Assembly (NCBI GenBank): GCA_038891055.1
Contig: JAWAEU010000001.1
Span: 1,475-65,474 of the forward strand
Direction: 5' to 3'
DNA from: Candidatus Anstonellaceae archaeon
GTDB taxonomy: Archaea; Micrarchaeota; Micrarchaeia; Anstonellales; Anstonellaceae
DNA: 64,000 bases
Shown here piece by piece: positions 10,469 through 19,871 of this stretch (positions are counted from its first letter, which is position 1; the number at the start of each line of letters is the position of its first letter). The notes under the pieces were generated by a model. That model worked only from the letters and a program-made list of their open reading frames with translations, did no database searches and was not told where the DNA came from. The translations under genes were made by a program, and so were the position numbers.

Positions 10469-11062
10469 ATGAGAAGGTACAGCTATGATTATAGCTCCTC
10501 GGCTTCCTATTTAGTTGGAATAATTTTTATCGTCTTTTTATTACAAATTGTACTACCAGGATTTACAAAAGAGTTTATGTTAGTTCCTACAAATTTAAAA
10601 CCTTGGCAATTAATTAGCTCGATATTTTTGCATGGGGGATTTATGCATTTATTTTTGAACCTCTATGCCTTATATTTTTTTGGTCAATATTTGGAATATC
10701 AAATAGGTACAAAAAAATTTTTATTTTTGTTTTTTTCTTGCGGACTGGCTGGAAACCTTCTCTATCTATTTACAATTTATCTTAATATTATTCCACCAAT
10801 TCCTGCACTTGGAGCATCTGGAGCTATATATGGAATATTAGGAGCATTGGCAGTTTTAAATCCAAACCTACAAATTTTATTGTTTGGTTTTATACCACTT
10901 AGAATGAAGGAGGCTGCTATCTTATGGTTTGTAATGGAATTTGTTGGTTCATTTGATGTAAGCTCTGGGATTGGTTCTGCTGCCCATTTGGGAGGTTTAG
11001 TTTTAGGCTATTTGATTGCAAAAACTAACTTTTTTAAACTACAAATGGAAAATATGTGGTAA
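10469..11062 (+). CDS. Rhomboid family intramembrane serine protease
   Basis: HGGFMHLFLN, GASGAIYG (GxSG catalytic Ser) and AAHLGGLV (catalytic His), with multiple TM segments. Confidence 0.75.
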   Translation: MRRYSYDYSSSASYLVGIIFIVFLLQIVLPGFTKEFMLVPTNLKPWQLISSIFLHGGFMHLFLNLYALYFFGQYLEYQIGTKKFLFLFFSCGLAGNLLYLFTIYLNIIPPIPALGASGAIYGILGALAVLNPNLQILLFGFIPLRMKEAAILWFVMEFVGSFDVSSGIGSAAHLGGLVLGYLIAKTNFFKLQMENMW

Positions 11063-11111
11063 AAAGTAAAAAGTAGTAAAATTTATAAATTAAAAAAAAA
11101 TAATTATAATT

Positions 11112-12284
11112 ATGAACATTAAAATAGAAAGAGTTAAGCTAAACCCTTCAGATGCAAATTGGTTTTTCAAAACAAAAATAGATTTTAAAAAAGATAAGAC
11201 AATAAGAGCAAGGTTTGATAAAAAGGAAGTTAGACCAGATGATTGGGATGAAACAAAAATTTTAGCTCAAAAATATGTATTGGTGGGAAAAAATTTAGAA
11301 AGCTTTAAGATAATTTCAAATTATGTAGAAAAAAATGAAGAAAATCCAGAAGCATTATATTATTTTTTATTATTTATTTTTCCTTTTATTAAAAATCTAA
11401 AAAGAGATTATTATCACACGATTGAGGAAATAATTGAAAGAGCCATAGAAATAGACCCTTCAAATTATAACCTTTATTTATTGAAAGCTTATTTTTATAA
11501 AAAAATTGGGGAGCGAAAAAAAATAAGAAGGATCTTTGAAGAGATTGAATCAAAGTTTTTATTAGAACCACGCGCTAATATAAAAAAAGCCCTAGAGAAG
11601 ATAGATGAAGGAAAAAAAGAGGAAGCATTAAAATATGTTTATAATATTGAGAAGCTTTATCAGCTACTTTTTTCTCAGATTTTTTGTCTTCTGAAAGATA
11701 CAATAACAAGTACAAATACTTATTCTTGGTATGACCCAAAAATAGTTATAGAAATAATGGAAGAAGAAATAAACGACAAACAACATTTTTTTATAAAAGG
11801 AATAAAATCTTCTGGATTAAATGCTGAAGATTACACAGATTTAGCAATTCAGTATATCAGAATAGATAATTATAAAAAAGCTCAAGAATATGCCCAAAGG
11901 GCTTTGGAAATTAGTGACCCAGCTAGATATGAATATAGGGCTGAAATGATAAATGTGCTAATAAGTATGGCAACTTGTAAAAATTTGCACCAATGCACTA
12001 CAGAGGATTATCTGAAAAACGTTGAAATTTTAAATAAAATAAAAATTCATCTGATGAGTAACAAAGAGATAGATTATGGAGTAGTACTTGCAAGTTTGAT
12101 AAATTCATTAAATGCAATTATAATCGGCGGGGAAAAAGATAAAAAATTAATCAAATTTTTTTTAGACTCGGCTATGGAAGATTTTTATGTTTCTCTTAAA
12201 ATTTATCCTTTTTTTGATAACTTCAATTCGATAACTAAAGCGATTACTGAAGCCCTAACAATAAAGTATGTACTTTTAGAGTGA
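11112..12284 (+). CDS. Hypothetical TPR-like protein
   Basis: 390-aa ORF with helical repeat character (…YNLYLLKAYFYKKIG…AQEYAQRALEISDP…). Confidence 0.45.
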   Translation: MNIKIERVKLNPSDANWFFKTKIDFKKDKTIRARFDKKEVRPDDWDETKILAQKYVLVGKNLESFKIISNYVEKNEENPEALYYFLLFIFPFIKNLKRDYYHTIEEIIERAIEIDPSNYNLYLLKAYFYKKIGERKKIRRIFEEIESKFLLEPRANIKKALEKIDEGKKEEALKYVYNIEKLYQLLFSQIFCLLKDTITSTNTYSWYDPKIVIEIMEEEINDKQHFFIKGIKSSGLNAEDYTDLAIQYIRIDNYKKAQEYAQRALEISDPARYEYRAEMINVLISMATCKNLHQCTTEDYLKNVEILNKIKIHLMSNKEIDYGVVLASLINSLNAIIIGGEKDKKLIKFFLDSAMEDFYVSLKIYPFFDNFNSITKAITEALTIKYVLLE

Positions 12285-12318
12285 TTTGTTTTTTAAACTT
12301 TAGAGCAGAATAACAACT

Positions 12319-13329
12319 ATGACAATTAATATAGTGGTTGGCGGGCAATATGGAGATGAGGGCAAAGGAAAAATTATCTCTTACTTGGCACTAGAAGATA
12401 GACCAGAAGTTGTTGCAAGAGGAGGTGGTGGCCCAAATGCAGGGCATACTGTTGAATATAAATCAAAAAAATACAAAATTAGATTAGTGCCATCTGGGTT
12501 TGTATATAAAAAAGCTACTTTAGTTATTGGACCAGGTGTTTTAATAGATCCAGAGATTTTCTTAGAGGAGATAGAAAATTTTGATGTAAAAGATAGATGT
12601 TTTTTAGATAGAGCAGCTACAATAATAGATCCAAAATACAAAGAAGAAGATGCAAATTCTCAAATTTCAAAAATGATTGGCACTACAAAAAGTGGGATAG
12701 GGCCTGCAACTGCTCATAGAGCATTAAGAGATGCAAAATTAGCTGAAGAAGATGAAAGGCTAAAACCATACTTAGCAGATTGCTGGAAGATTGTAAATTC
12801 TACTAAAAACTTACTTGTAGAAGGAAGTCAAGGATTTATGCTTTCTAATTTGCATGGAACATATCCATATTGTACTGCTAAGGATGTAAGCGCCTGTGCT
12901 ATTTGCTCAGAAATTGGCCTAGGACCAAAAAAAGTAGATAATGTAATTATGGTGATAAAATCATATACTACAAGAGTAGGCCAAGGTCCACTTCAAGGTG
13001 AAATAAGTCCTCAAAAAGCCAAAGAACTTGGGATGGACGAATATGGCACAGTAACTGGAAGACAGAGAAGAGTTAATCCTAACTTAATTTGGGAAGAATT
13101 ACAAAAAGCATCTATAGTAAATAGTGCAACTTGTATCGCCCTTACAAAACTGGATATAAAATATCCACAAGCAAAAGGAATAGTGGAATTTGAAAAATTA
13201 CCTCCAGAGGCAAAAGAGTTTGTTTTTGAAATAGAAAAAAAATTGGAGGTGCCAGTTGGACTTATAGGCACAGGCCCAGATGCTATGGATATAATTGATA
13301 GAAGAGAAGAAGTTGGGATAAAAAAATAG
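12319..13329 (+). CDS. purA: Adenylosuccinate synthetase (short archaeal type)
   Basis: GGQYGDEGKGK and GGGPNAGHTV, 336 aa. Confidence 0.9.
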   Translation: MTINIVVGGQYGDEGKGKIISYLALEDRPEVVARGGGGPNAGHTVEYKSKKYKIRLVPSGFVYKKATLVIGPGVLIDPEIFLEEIENFDVKDRCFLDRAATIIDPKYKEEDANSQISKMIGTTKSGIGPATAHRALRDAKLAEEDERLKPYLADCWKIVNSTKNLLVEGSQGFMLSNLHGTYPYCTAKDVSACAICSEIGLGPKKVDNVIMVIKSYTTRVGQGPLQGEISPQKAKELGMDEYGTVTGRQRRVNPNLIWEELQKASIVNSATCIALTKLDIKYPQAKGIVEFEKLPPEAKEFVFEIEKKLEVPVGLIGTGPDAMDIIDRREEVGIKK

Positions 13330-13347
13330 GAAAATCAAAGAAATTTA

Positions 13348-13755
13348 CTAATCGCCTACACTGTTGCTTTTCTCTTCAAATTCTTTGGCTAAAAAAAATT
13401 CCTTTTCTCTAAAGCCAAACAAGTTGGCTACTAAAATTGATGGAAATTCCTGGAGTTTTACATTATACAAGCTAACTCTTTTATTATATACTTTTCTTTC
13501 ATGAACTAGCTCGTTTTCTATTTGCTTAAGATTATTTTGAAGCATTATAAAGCTTTTATTAGCTTTAAGTTCTGGATATCTTTCTTGAATAATTAGTAGT
13601 TTAGAAAGAGCTGCCTCAAGCATATTTGCATTTTTTATTCTTTCATCTTGTCCTTTACTTTGGCCCCACTGGGATCTGAGTCTAACTACTTCTTCTAAGG
13701 TTCTTTTTTCGTGTTTGGCATATCCCTCCACACATTTCACAAGAGCTGGAATCAA
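13348..13755 (-). pseudogene. LemA family protein, N-terminally truncated fragment
   Basis: IPALVKCVEGYAKHEKRTLEEV…YPELKAN…FPSILVANLFGF matches the LemA core. The ~50-aa N-terminal TM/start region is missing: an in-frame TAG lies 4 codons upstream of the TTG, and the upstream gene ends only 72 nt away. Confidence 0.55.
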
Positions 13756-13827
13756 ATCAAAACTCTACCTACTAAATTTTTTACTCTGATAAATACCAAA
13801 ATGTCAAAATGCTTTAATATTAATTTT

Positions 13828-16800
13828 TTATAAATCAATTAAACCTCTTTTCTTTTTAAGGCCAAACAAAAATACTGCTACCCCACCTCCAATAATAACT
13901 ACAACCAACAGAGCAAAAATCATCCACTCTAAATTCTCTGAAGTTTTTTGAGGAGATGATTGTACTTGCTGCTCTTGAATTGTCTGTCCATAACTTTGTT
14001 CAGCGGGGTAGGATGACTGAGACCTTGATGATTGCTGCCCTTGCTCTTTTTTACTTTCAGGTTGCTGAGGTGGTGTTGGTAAATTAGTAGGTAGCTGAAG
14101 CTGTTCTTTTGATTGCTGGGGTGGTGTTTCTAGAGGTGGTTGTGTTATTTCTTGGCTAAGAGTAGGAGTATTTGTTGATCTTTGAACTATTCCTCCTCCA
14201 GAATAAATTGATGAAGTTGAGGAAGAAGTGGAAGAAGAGCTAGAAGATTGAGATGAAGAAGGTGTATTATCATACAGCCCTAAAACTGAAAAACTATCAA
14301 TACTTACATTTATTGTCTTGGTGGTTGTGTTATAAGAAATAATTGGTACTGAGATACAATTTGAACCATCATCTTGGCATTTTTTAATTATTAGATTGCC
14401 TGCATCTAATAAATTTTCTATTTGCTGTTGCAAAGTTGAATTTAGAGCTGAATAATTAAACTGCACAGTAATATTTGGGCTAAATCTCAATCCAGCAGGA
14501 CCTAATAAAATAGTTAACTCAGAAAAGTTAGAAGCTCTTGAATTGTTAACTGCTAAATCTCCACTGGATAGAGATACATTATGAATGAAAATTAAACCTG
14601 GCGTGTAGTATGAAGAAAAGTTACTAATTGAAGTATTGTTTGCGATGTGGATAGATACAGATGCATTGTTTGATGGGTTATTATAGTGTAGGGCAAATGT
14701 CTGGTTGGTTCTATTCTCTTCATTTAATGACGAATAATTTCCAGCTCCTTCTAAAATAGTTATAGAGATATTTTGTTGTTGGCTAAATAGGTCAAACTCA
14801 TCACTAACCTTTACTTCGCAAGTTATATTATCTAAAGCAGAAAAGTTTTGGCTACTTAAAGTAGCATTGTTATAATCAGAATAAAGAGAGGAGATTAATT
14901 CTCCATTCTTATACCACTTATAGCTATAATTTTTAATAGTGTCATTATCTGGGTCAGATACTTCTATAATACAAGTTAAATTTGTAAAACTAAAAGCTTT
15001 TGGTGGCATTAGATTTAGTGAAGAAATATTTGGAGCAAAATTTGGTAGAGAGGCTGTAGTGGTAGAAGTATTAACAGAGGCCTCAAGATTATCCCTAAAA
15101 GTAACATTGATAGAAAAGTTTTGTGAATTATATATTGTTTCTGGGGGAATCCTACAGAGAAAACTGACATTAAATAAATTATTTGAAGTAGAATTAGAAA
15201 TCTGGGTACAAAATGCTATGGAAGGATCGGAAATTTCCATACTTACATCCACTATATCTATTGCTCCATCCTCATCACTTACCAAGGCATAAAAAATGGC
15301 TTTATGTCCTGGTTGATTTTGAACTAATGTTAGATCATTCACTAAAACAGGTGCACTGTTATTGATACCAAAAAGCACAGAGGTATTTACAAGATTGCCA
15401 CTCTGACCTCCAAAATCTTTAGCATATACCTCTAATTTGTATATACCTCTACCTAATGAAAGATCGGACAATATGCAATTAATTTCATCCCATCCTGGAG
15501 TGGAATTTGTACAATTGGCACTATTGGTAGAATTAAAAAGATAAACAAAAGTATTAAGTGTGGAGCCATTTAGAGCCTTTAGAATAATAGTAAGATTTGA
15601 AATAGCGCTGGAAGTGCCGTTTGCAGTTATATTAATTATAGGAGTAGAAGAATAATTGCTTTTGGATGGGGAGGAAATAGTTATAGAAGGTTCTACTAAG
15701 TCAGAAATATTATAACCTGAGAATTTATTTATATTAATAGTTAAATTTCCTGTGAAGAACCCATAGTCCTGATTAAATGTCCCCTGAGACCACTGGATAG
15801 TACCATCAAATTCTCCTTCATCATAAATAACATTAGGAGTAGAAGAAAAAGGTAAATCATACAAAACTACTCTTGCAGAAGTATTCAAATAAGATGCAGC
15901 TGTAGAATTCACAAATATCCTTGAGGGTTCAAATGAAAATGGCCTACCTATATTAACATGTATTAGATTTCCAATTGCATTAGCTACTGCAGCTGCTTTT
16001 TGAGGAGTGCTTATATCAACAGAACTAAAATTAAACATAGCTACTTTTTTGAAAGTATTGCCCCAAGGTAGAGATTGATTTAATGGACTACAAGAAGCAG
16101 AGCCATTTAATTCAATCACCTTTACTAAATTCACATTTTTAAAATCTAATACTTCTGACAAGTTTGTAGTTTCTTCACCTTCTCTAAAACATAAAGAAAA
16201 TTCTTCTGGTGGTCCTTGAATTGCACCTAAGTTATGTAAAATAAAAGGTATTGAAATGTTGCTCGAATGGCCTGCAGCATCAGTTGCATTTACTACTGCT
16301 AAAGCTACTGTTGGAATGGTAATATTATGAGATTGTATAAAGTCACCTACATTACAGCCATCCTCATTATACCAAAATTCCCCAGAAGCAGCTAAATCAA
16401 TAGGACCACAAATTTGAGTGCCATTTTCAAGCATAAAGATTACTGTGGCATTTGAAATATATGATACATTGTCATTAGCTCCAATTTTTATATGGACTAG
16501 ATTATTATTTTGTGCAGGAGAATAAAAAATATCTTGTTCTAATAGATTGGTAGAAGAATAATTAAAAAAATATGGTGGAGAATAATCTACAAAAAGGTCA
16601 GCTAAATATTCTTCATATGAGCCTCCACTATCAAAATAGGCTGTAATATAAAGGTTATATCTTCCCTCTTGTTGAGGTACAACCAAAGTACAGTTTGTGG
16701 ACCAATTAACTTCACCAACAACTAATTCAGATGTGTTGGTAAAGTTAGCGCCAACAGAGCAGTTTGGTAAACTTATATTATTTACTAGATAAGAAGAGTT

Positions 16801-16962
16801 AGTAGTGATATTTATAGACACTTGCAGTGAAGATTGTGAAGGGTTAGATGCAACCAAAGGAACCATACTAAAACTGCTACCATCTATAATGAAATATTCA
16901 TGTATCGAAAACAAAATATTTATAAAAAAAATAGATAGCAAAAAGAAAAAGTAATTTTTCAT
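13828..16962 (-). CDS. Large cell-surface glycoprotein with signal peptide, >50 N-x-S/T sequons, Ser-rich then Pro/Gln-rich stalk and C-terminal TM anchor
   Basis: Signal peptide MKNYFFFLLSIFFINILFS, poly-Ser (SSSQSSSSSSTSSSTSS), a PPQQ…PTPPQQP stalk and a terminal TM (IFALLVVVIIGGGVAVFLFGL) followed by KKKR. The track start at 17070 lies inside tRNA-Thr; the ATG at 16962 is used. Confidence 0.65.
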   Translation of the reverse strand: MKNYFFFLLSIFFINILFSIHEYFIIDGSSFSMVPLVASNPSQSSLQVSINITTNSSYLVNNISLPNCSVGANFTNTSELVVGEVNWSTNCTLVVPQQEGRYNLYITAYFDSGGSYEEYLADLFVDYSPPYFFNYSSTNLLEQDIFYSPAQNNNLVHIKIGANDNVSYISNATVIFMLENGTQICGPIDLAASGEFWYNEDGCNVGDFIQSHNITIPTVALAVVNATDAAGHSSNISIPFILHNLGAIQGPPEEFSLCFREGEETTNLSEVLDFKNVNLVKVIELNGSASCSPLNQSLPWGNTFKKVAMFNFSSVDISTPQKAAAVANAIGNLIHVNIGRPFSFEPSRIFVNSTAASYLNTSARVVLYDLPFSSTPNVIYDEGEFDGTIQWSQGTFNQDYGFFTGNLTININKFSGYNISDLVEPSITISSPSKSNYSSTPIINITANGTSSAISNLTIILKALNGSTLNTFVYLFNSTNSANCTNSTPGWDEINCILSDLSLGRGIYKLEVYAKDFGGQSGNLVNTSVLFGINNSAPVLVNDLTLVQNQPGHKAIFYALVSDEDGAIDIVDVSMEISDPSIAFCTQISNSTSNNLFNVSFLCRIPPETIYNSQNFSINVTFRDNLEASVNTSTTTASLPNFAPNISSLNLMPPKAFSFTNLTCIIEVSDPDNDTIKNYSYKWYKNGELISSLYSDYNNATLSSQNFSALDNITCEVKVSDEFDLFSQQQNISITILEGAGNYSSLNEENRTNQTFALHYNNPSNNASVSIHIANNTSISNFSSYYTPGLIFIHNVSLSSGDLAVNNSRASNFSELTILLGPAGLRFSPNITVQFNYSALNSTLQQQIENLLDAGNLIIKKCQDDGSNCISVPIISYNTTTKTINVSIDSFSVLGLYDNTPSSSQSSSSSSTSSSTSSIYSGGGIVQRSTNTPTLSQEITQPPLETPPQQSKEQLQLPTNLPTPPQQPESKKEQGQQSSRSQSSYPAEQSYGQTIQEQQVQSSPQKTSENLEWMIFALLVVVIIGGGVAVFLFGLKKKRGLIDL

Positions 16963-17028
16963 ATAAAACAACCCCTTGAGTGTAAAAATTAATAAATAAA
17001 GGCTTTTAAAACTTTCCAAAAGCAAAAA

Positions 17029-17100
17029 AGCCCCCGGCGAGGATTGAACTCGCGACCTCTTGCTTACCATGCAAGCGCTCTACCACTGAGCTACGAGGGC
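17029..17100 (-). tRNA. tRNA-Thr (anticodon GGT)
   Basis: Reverse strand GCCCTCGTAGCTCAGTGGTAGAGCGCTTGCATGGTAAGCAAGAGGTCGCGAGTTCAATCCTCGCCGGGGGCT folds as a cloverleaf with T-loop TTCAATC and anticodon loop AUGGUAA. GC-rich island in AT-rich DNA. Confidence 0.8.
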
Positions 17101-17138
17101 TCAAAACTAAAAAAATAATATGTAAACAAAATTATAAA

Positions 17139-17399
17139 TTAATTTGCTTTTTTAGCCAAATTTTCTTTTAAGTGTATATCTTGATATTTGAAAAAAAGAA
17201 TCTCTCGGAGTTGTAAAAATACCACTAAAAAAATTGCAGCAATAAGCCTAATGCTTCTATCTGGCAAGGCAATTAATAAAAATAAAAAAAAGGCAATAAA
17301 AAATGTGATTGCCCACCTAATAGCAAATAAACTAAGGATTTTCATAAAAATCAATCTTTTTTTGGCTAAGGGTTTATTATCTGTCTGTTGGATAATCAA
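17139..17399 (-). CDS. Hypothetical small membrane protein (2 TM)
   Basis: 86-aa ORF with two hydrophobic helices. An overlapping plus-strand ORF is less protein-like. Confidence 0.3.
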   Translation of the reverse strand: MIIQQTDNKPLAKKRLIFMKILSLFAIRWAITFFIAFFLFLLIALPDRSIRLIAAIFLVVFLQLREILFFKYQDIHLKENLAKKAN

Positions 17400-17468
17400 T
17401 ATATTTTAAAATTTAAAATTGTTTGCCTCAACAAAAATATTTTATAACTTAGGTGTAAAATTCAACAT

Positions 17469-18389
17469 ATGGCCAAAGGCAGCAAAAATAAGTCGATTTT
17501 ATGCGCTGGACATTTGGTATATGATATAAGAGATTATGTTGAGCAAATGCCCCAATTAGATAAAACAACTTTTATGTATATGCCACCACAAGTTGGAGCT
17601 GGAGGTAGTGCTGCAAATGTTGCTCTAAACTGTATTAAATTGGGGCATCAAGCCTCATTAATTTCTAATGTTGGTGACGACAGACATGGAAAATTTTTAT
17701 TAGACGAACTAAAAAAAAGAGGATTAGATACTGATCAAATAAAAATAATAAAGGGCGGAAGAACAGCACTTTCTGTAATTTTAATAGATAAAAGTGGTCA
17801 GGTAATGGTTATAGAAGACAAGGGATGTGTAGAAGATAAACGGGATTTTGACGAAAAGAAAATCGCACAAAGCTCGTGGGTTCATCTGACAGGAACTTCT
17901 CAACAATGGTTAGAAAAAATTTCAAAAATAGCATATAAAAATGGAATAATAATATCCTTTGATCCTGGAAGAGCTGCCTCAAGATTAGGGATAGAAAAAT
18001 TATCCAAAATACTTGAAAGGACAGAATATTTGATAGTAAATAGAAAAGAGTTAGAGGCTCTAACTGGTTCGGCTTCTGAAGAAAGTGCTAAAGAGCTTTC
18101 AAAAGAATTTAATCTTTTTACAATTGTAAAAAATGGGAGCAAACCAGTATTTGTTTGTACAACAATAAACAAAATATTTTATGTTGAGCCTTTTAGAGTA
18201 CCTTATGTAGTCGATACATTAGGGGCAGGAGATGCATTTGCTGCTGGGCTAATATGTGGAAAAATAGAAGGTATGTCTTTTTATGAAGCAATAAAATTTG
18301 CACATGCTGCTGCTGCAGCAAAAGTAATGCACCCCGGAGCTCAAGGTATGCCGGAGAGAAAAATAGTTCTAAAGCAATTCAAGTTTTAG
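17469..18389 (+). CDS. PfkB-family carbohydrate/nucleoside kinase (ribokinase-like)
   Basis: GAGGSAANVA and C-terminal DTLGAGDAFAAGLI (PfkB signature 2). Confidence 0.75.
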   Translation: MAKGSKNKSILCAGHLVYDIRDYVEQMPQLDKTTFMYMPPQVGAGGSAANVALNCIKLGHQASLISNVGDDRHGKFLLDELKKRGLDTDQIKIIKGGRTALSVILIDKSGQVMVIEDKGCVEDKRDFDEKKIAQSSWVHLTGTSQQWLEKISKIAYKNGIIISFDPGRAASRLGIEKLSKILERTEYLIVNRKELEALTGSASEESAKELSKEFNLFTIVKNGSKPVFVCTTINKIFYVEPFRVPYVVDTLGAGDAFAAGLICGKIEGMSFYEAIKFAHAAAAAKVMHPGAQGMPERKIVLKQFKF

Positions 18390-18583
18390 CCTGAACCTTC
18401 TCCTTTTGAAAATGCTCTAAATAAAAACAATAACAATAAAAAGCTTAAAATTCCTACAACATAGGGATAGTAGTATGGATCATAAGGCCTTAGTGTCTTC
18501 CACTCATAATACATACCAAAGCCAAATATAACTGAAATCAAAAATCTTGTTATATCTAATAAAGCCTTTGTTTTAGAAGCCAT
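18386..18583 (-). CDS. Hypothetical small membrane protein
   Basis: 65-aa ORF with two hydrophobic segments. Confidence 0.3.
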   Translation of the reverse strand: MASKTKALLDITRFLISVIFGFGMYYEWKTLRPYDPYYYPYVVGILSFLLLLFLFRAFSKGEGSG

Positions 18584-18696
18584 AATATCATATTAATAGA
18601 AATCTTTAAAAATATTTATCTCCATGATAATTTTAAATATGAAAATTCTAAAAATTTAGAATATTTAAAATTTTTTGATTAATTAGGTGGAGCTAG

Positions 18697-19182
18697 ATGA
18701 GTCTAACAAGAATAGAGCAAGAAGTGCTAAATGCATTAAAAGAGATGAGCCATTGTATTTATTTTGATGAGCCTGCAGCTAAGATATTGACAATTATTTT
18801 TCTTTCATCCAAACCTGTTAGTATGAGCCACATAGTCAAAAAATCCTCTATAAGCAAGACAAATGTATTTTTAAAATTAAAAAAAATTGAAGAAGCTGCA
18901 ATTATTAAAAAAATGAAGCAGCCCGGTACAAAGGAATTTTTATATTATATAGATCGAGATTTAAACAACCTCATAATTGAGCATATGAAAAAAAAGTATG
19001 AAGAATTTATGCTTTCTAGTCAATTGAAAATCCAAGATATTTTACTCAAATACAAAAAAATAAAAGATCTAAGCAAAGAGGAAAAAAACCAAATAAAAAT
19101 CTTAGATAACTATTACAAAAAAAATGTAAAGCTTTTAAAAATTCTTAGAAAATTTTTTGCACAATTGAGTGATAGAATATGA
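18697..19182 (+). CDS. Putative winged-helix transcriptional regulator
   Basis: 161-aa ORF with an AGGTGG RBS-like element upstream. The N-terminal ~80 aa is wHTH-like. The stop overlaps the start of the ABC ATPase (ATATGA). Confidence 0.4.
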   Translation: MSLTRIEQEVLNALKEMSHCIYFDEPAAKILTIIFLSSKPVSMSHIVKKSSISKTNVFLKLKKIEEAAIIKKMKQPGTKEFLYYIDRDLNNLIIEHMKKKYEEFMLSSQLKIQDILLKYKKIKDLSKEEKNQIKILDNYYKKNVKLLKILRKFFAQLSDRI

Positions 19183-19871
19183 AGAAAGAAATACTTACAA
19201 TGGAAAATGTCACAAAGAAATACCAAATGGGACTTCAAGAAATTAGTGCAGTTGAGAATATAAATTTAAAAGTAACAGAAGGTGAGAGAATCTCCATAAT
19301 TGGACCATCAGGCTCTGGAAAAACCACTCTACTCAATTTATTAGGTTTGCTAGATAGACCCACTAGTGGAAAAATCTATATTGACCAAACAGATACTACT
19401 ACACTAGATGATGATGAACTTTCTTATTTTCGTGGAAAAAAAATAGGGTTTGTATTTCAAAACTTTAATTTGATCCCCTCTCTAACTGCCTTAGAGAATG
19501 CATTTTTACCTCTGATGTTTTATAACGTACCATATGAACAAAGGATAAAAAGAGCAACTGAATTATTAGAGAGACTTGGATTAGGAAATAGACTTGAGTA
19601 TTACCCTTCTCAACTTTCAGGAGGACAGAGACAGAGAGTTGCTATAGCAAGGGCATTAATAAATAATCCAACTATTTTATTAGCTGATGAACCTACTGGA
19701 AATTTGGACAGTAAATCTGGAGAAGAAGTTTTAGAGATATTTGATGAATTGCATAAAGAGGGAAGGACTATTATAGTAGTTACTCATGATATTAATGTGG
19801 CTAAAAAAAGTCCACGAATAATTAAAATAAAAGATGGAAAAATAGAAGCTGACCAAAAGGTGAGAAAATGA
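19179..19871 (+). CDS. ABC transporter ATP-binding protein (MacB/LolD-like)
   Basis: Walker A GPSGSGKTT, ABC signature LSGGQRQRVAIARAL and Walker B ILLADEPTGNLD. Confidence 0.9.
   Translation: MKKEILTMENVTKKYQMGLQEISAVENINLKVTEGERISIIGPSGSGKTTLLNLLGLLDRPTSGKIYIDQTDTTTLDDDELSYFRGKKIGFVFQNFNLIPSLTALENAFLPLMFYNVPYEQRIKRATELLERLGLGNRLEYYPSQLSGGQRQRVAIARALINNPTILLADEPTGNLDSKSGEEVLEIFDELHKEGRTIIVVTHDINVAKKSPRIIKIKDGKIEADQKVRK

Noticed and set aside
14939-15292. Plus-strand 117-aa ORF inside the 1044-aa surface glycoprotein gene
   Set aside because: It is antisense to a well-supported long ORF, has no motifs, and is typical shadow-ORF composition.
17188-17409. Plus-strand 73-aa ORF overlapping the minus-strand 86-aa ORF
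   Set aside because: The product is K-rich and low-complexity without convincing TM helices. The minus-strand frame gives two clean hydrophobic helices, so only that one is listed, at low confidence.
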